Assembly: GCA_036229545.1 (NCBI GenBank)
Contig: JAZALG010000005.1
Span: forward strand, 1-34,440
DNA length: 34,440 nt
Origin: Planctomycetota bacterium
GTDB taxonomy: Bacteria > Planctomycetota > B15-G4
Direction: 5' to 3'
The notes beneath the pieces are model-generated. The model was given only the letters and a program-made list of their open reading frames with translations, searched no databases and was not told where the DNA came from. Positions 34,361 through 34,440 of the stretch are shown in pieces (the stretch's first letter is position 1; every line of letters starts with the position of its first letter). Position numbers and translations under genes: made by a program.

Positions 34361-34440
34361 GGCCCTAGGGTTAAAGCGAGCGAGGGAGAGGGTACTGTTT
34401 CCGCCATTGAGTCACGAAAGCGCCATCCGTACTTCTTCTT

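Noticed and set aside
34361-34440. Possible 3' end of an upstream minus-strand gene (...EEVRMALS*)
   Set aside because: Too short to establish the frame or identity.

Overview
A 34.4-kb, GC-rich, gene-dense bacterial chromosomal window, probably from a planctomycete (inferred from the RpoZ sequence style and the tpiA-secG...gmk-rpoZ and rimO-pgsA-pgpA gene order). Two minus-strand housekeeping runs dominate: rimO-pgsA-pgpA-HAMP/PP2C-mazG-priA (priA runs off the left edge and is missing from the ORF track) and gspK-like-aroF-tpiA-secG-pyrE-gmk-rpoZ-ftsK-cutC. Accessory content: two tandem secreted Asp-box beta-propeller paralogues, a GT2, an orphan propeller-sensor histidine kinase, an SDR, dgkA, a YfhO-like GT-C protein, an ALDH-YkgJ-OCD-like-GT2-like operon, and a beta-lactamase-family serine hydrolase broken by one in-frame TAA. 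I saw no mobile element, CRISPR array, rRNA or tRNA. Most notable signals: (1) an unannotated ~165-nt rod-like RNA hairpin at 29121-29285 with strand-specific G-U pairing, resembling 6S RNA; (2) a 16-codon remnant of the yicC C-terminus coupled to gmk; (3) a shared predicted N-terminal H-x-P-H-D motif in the paired propeller proteins; (4) three apparently catalytically degenerate enzymes (PP2C, OCD-like, Dpm1/Ppm1-like GT2). All calls come from reading motifs by eye; no database search or folding program was run.
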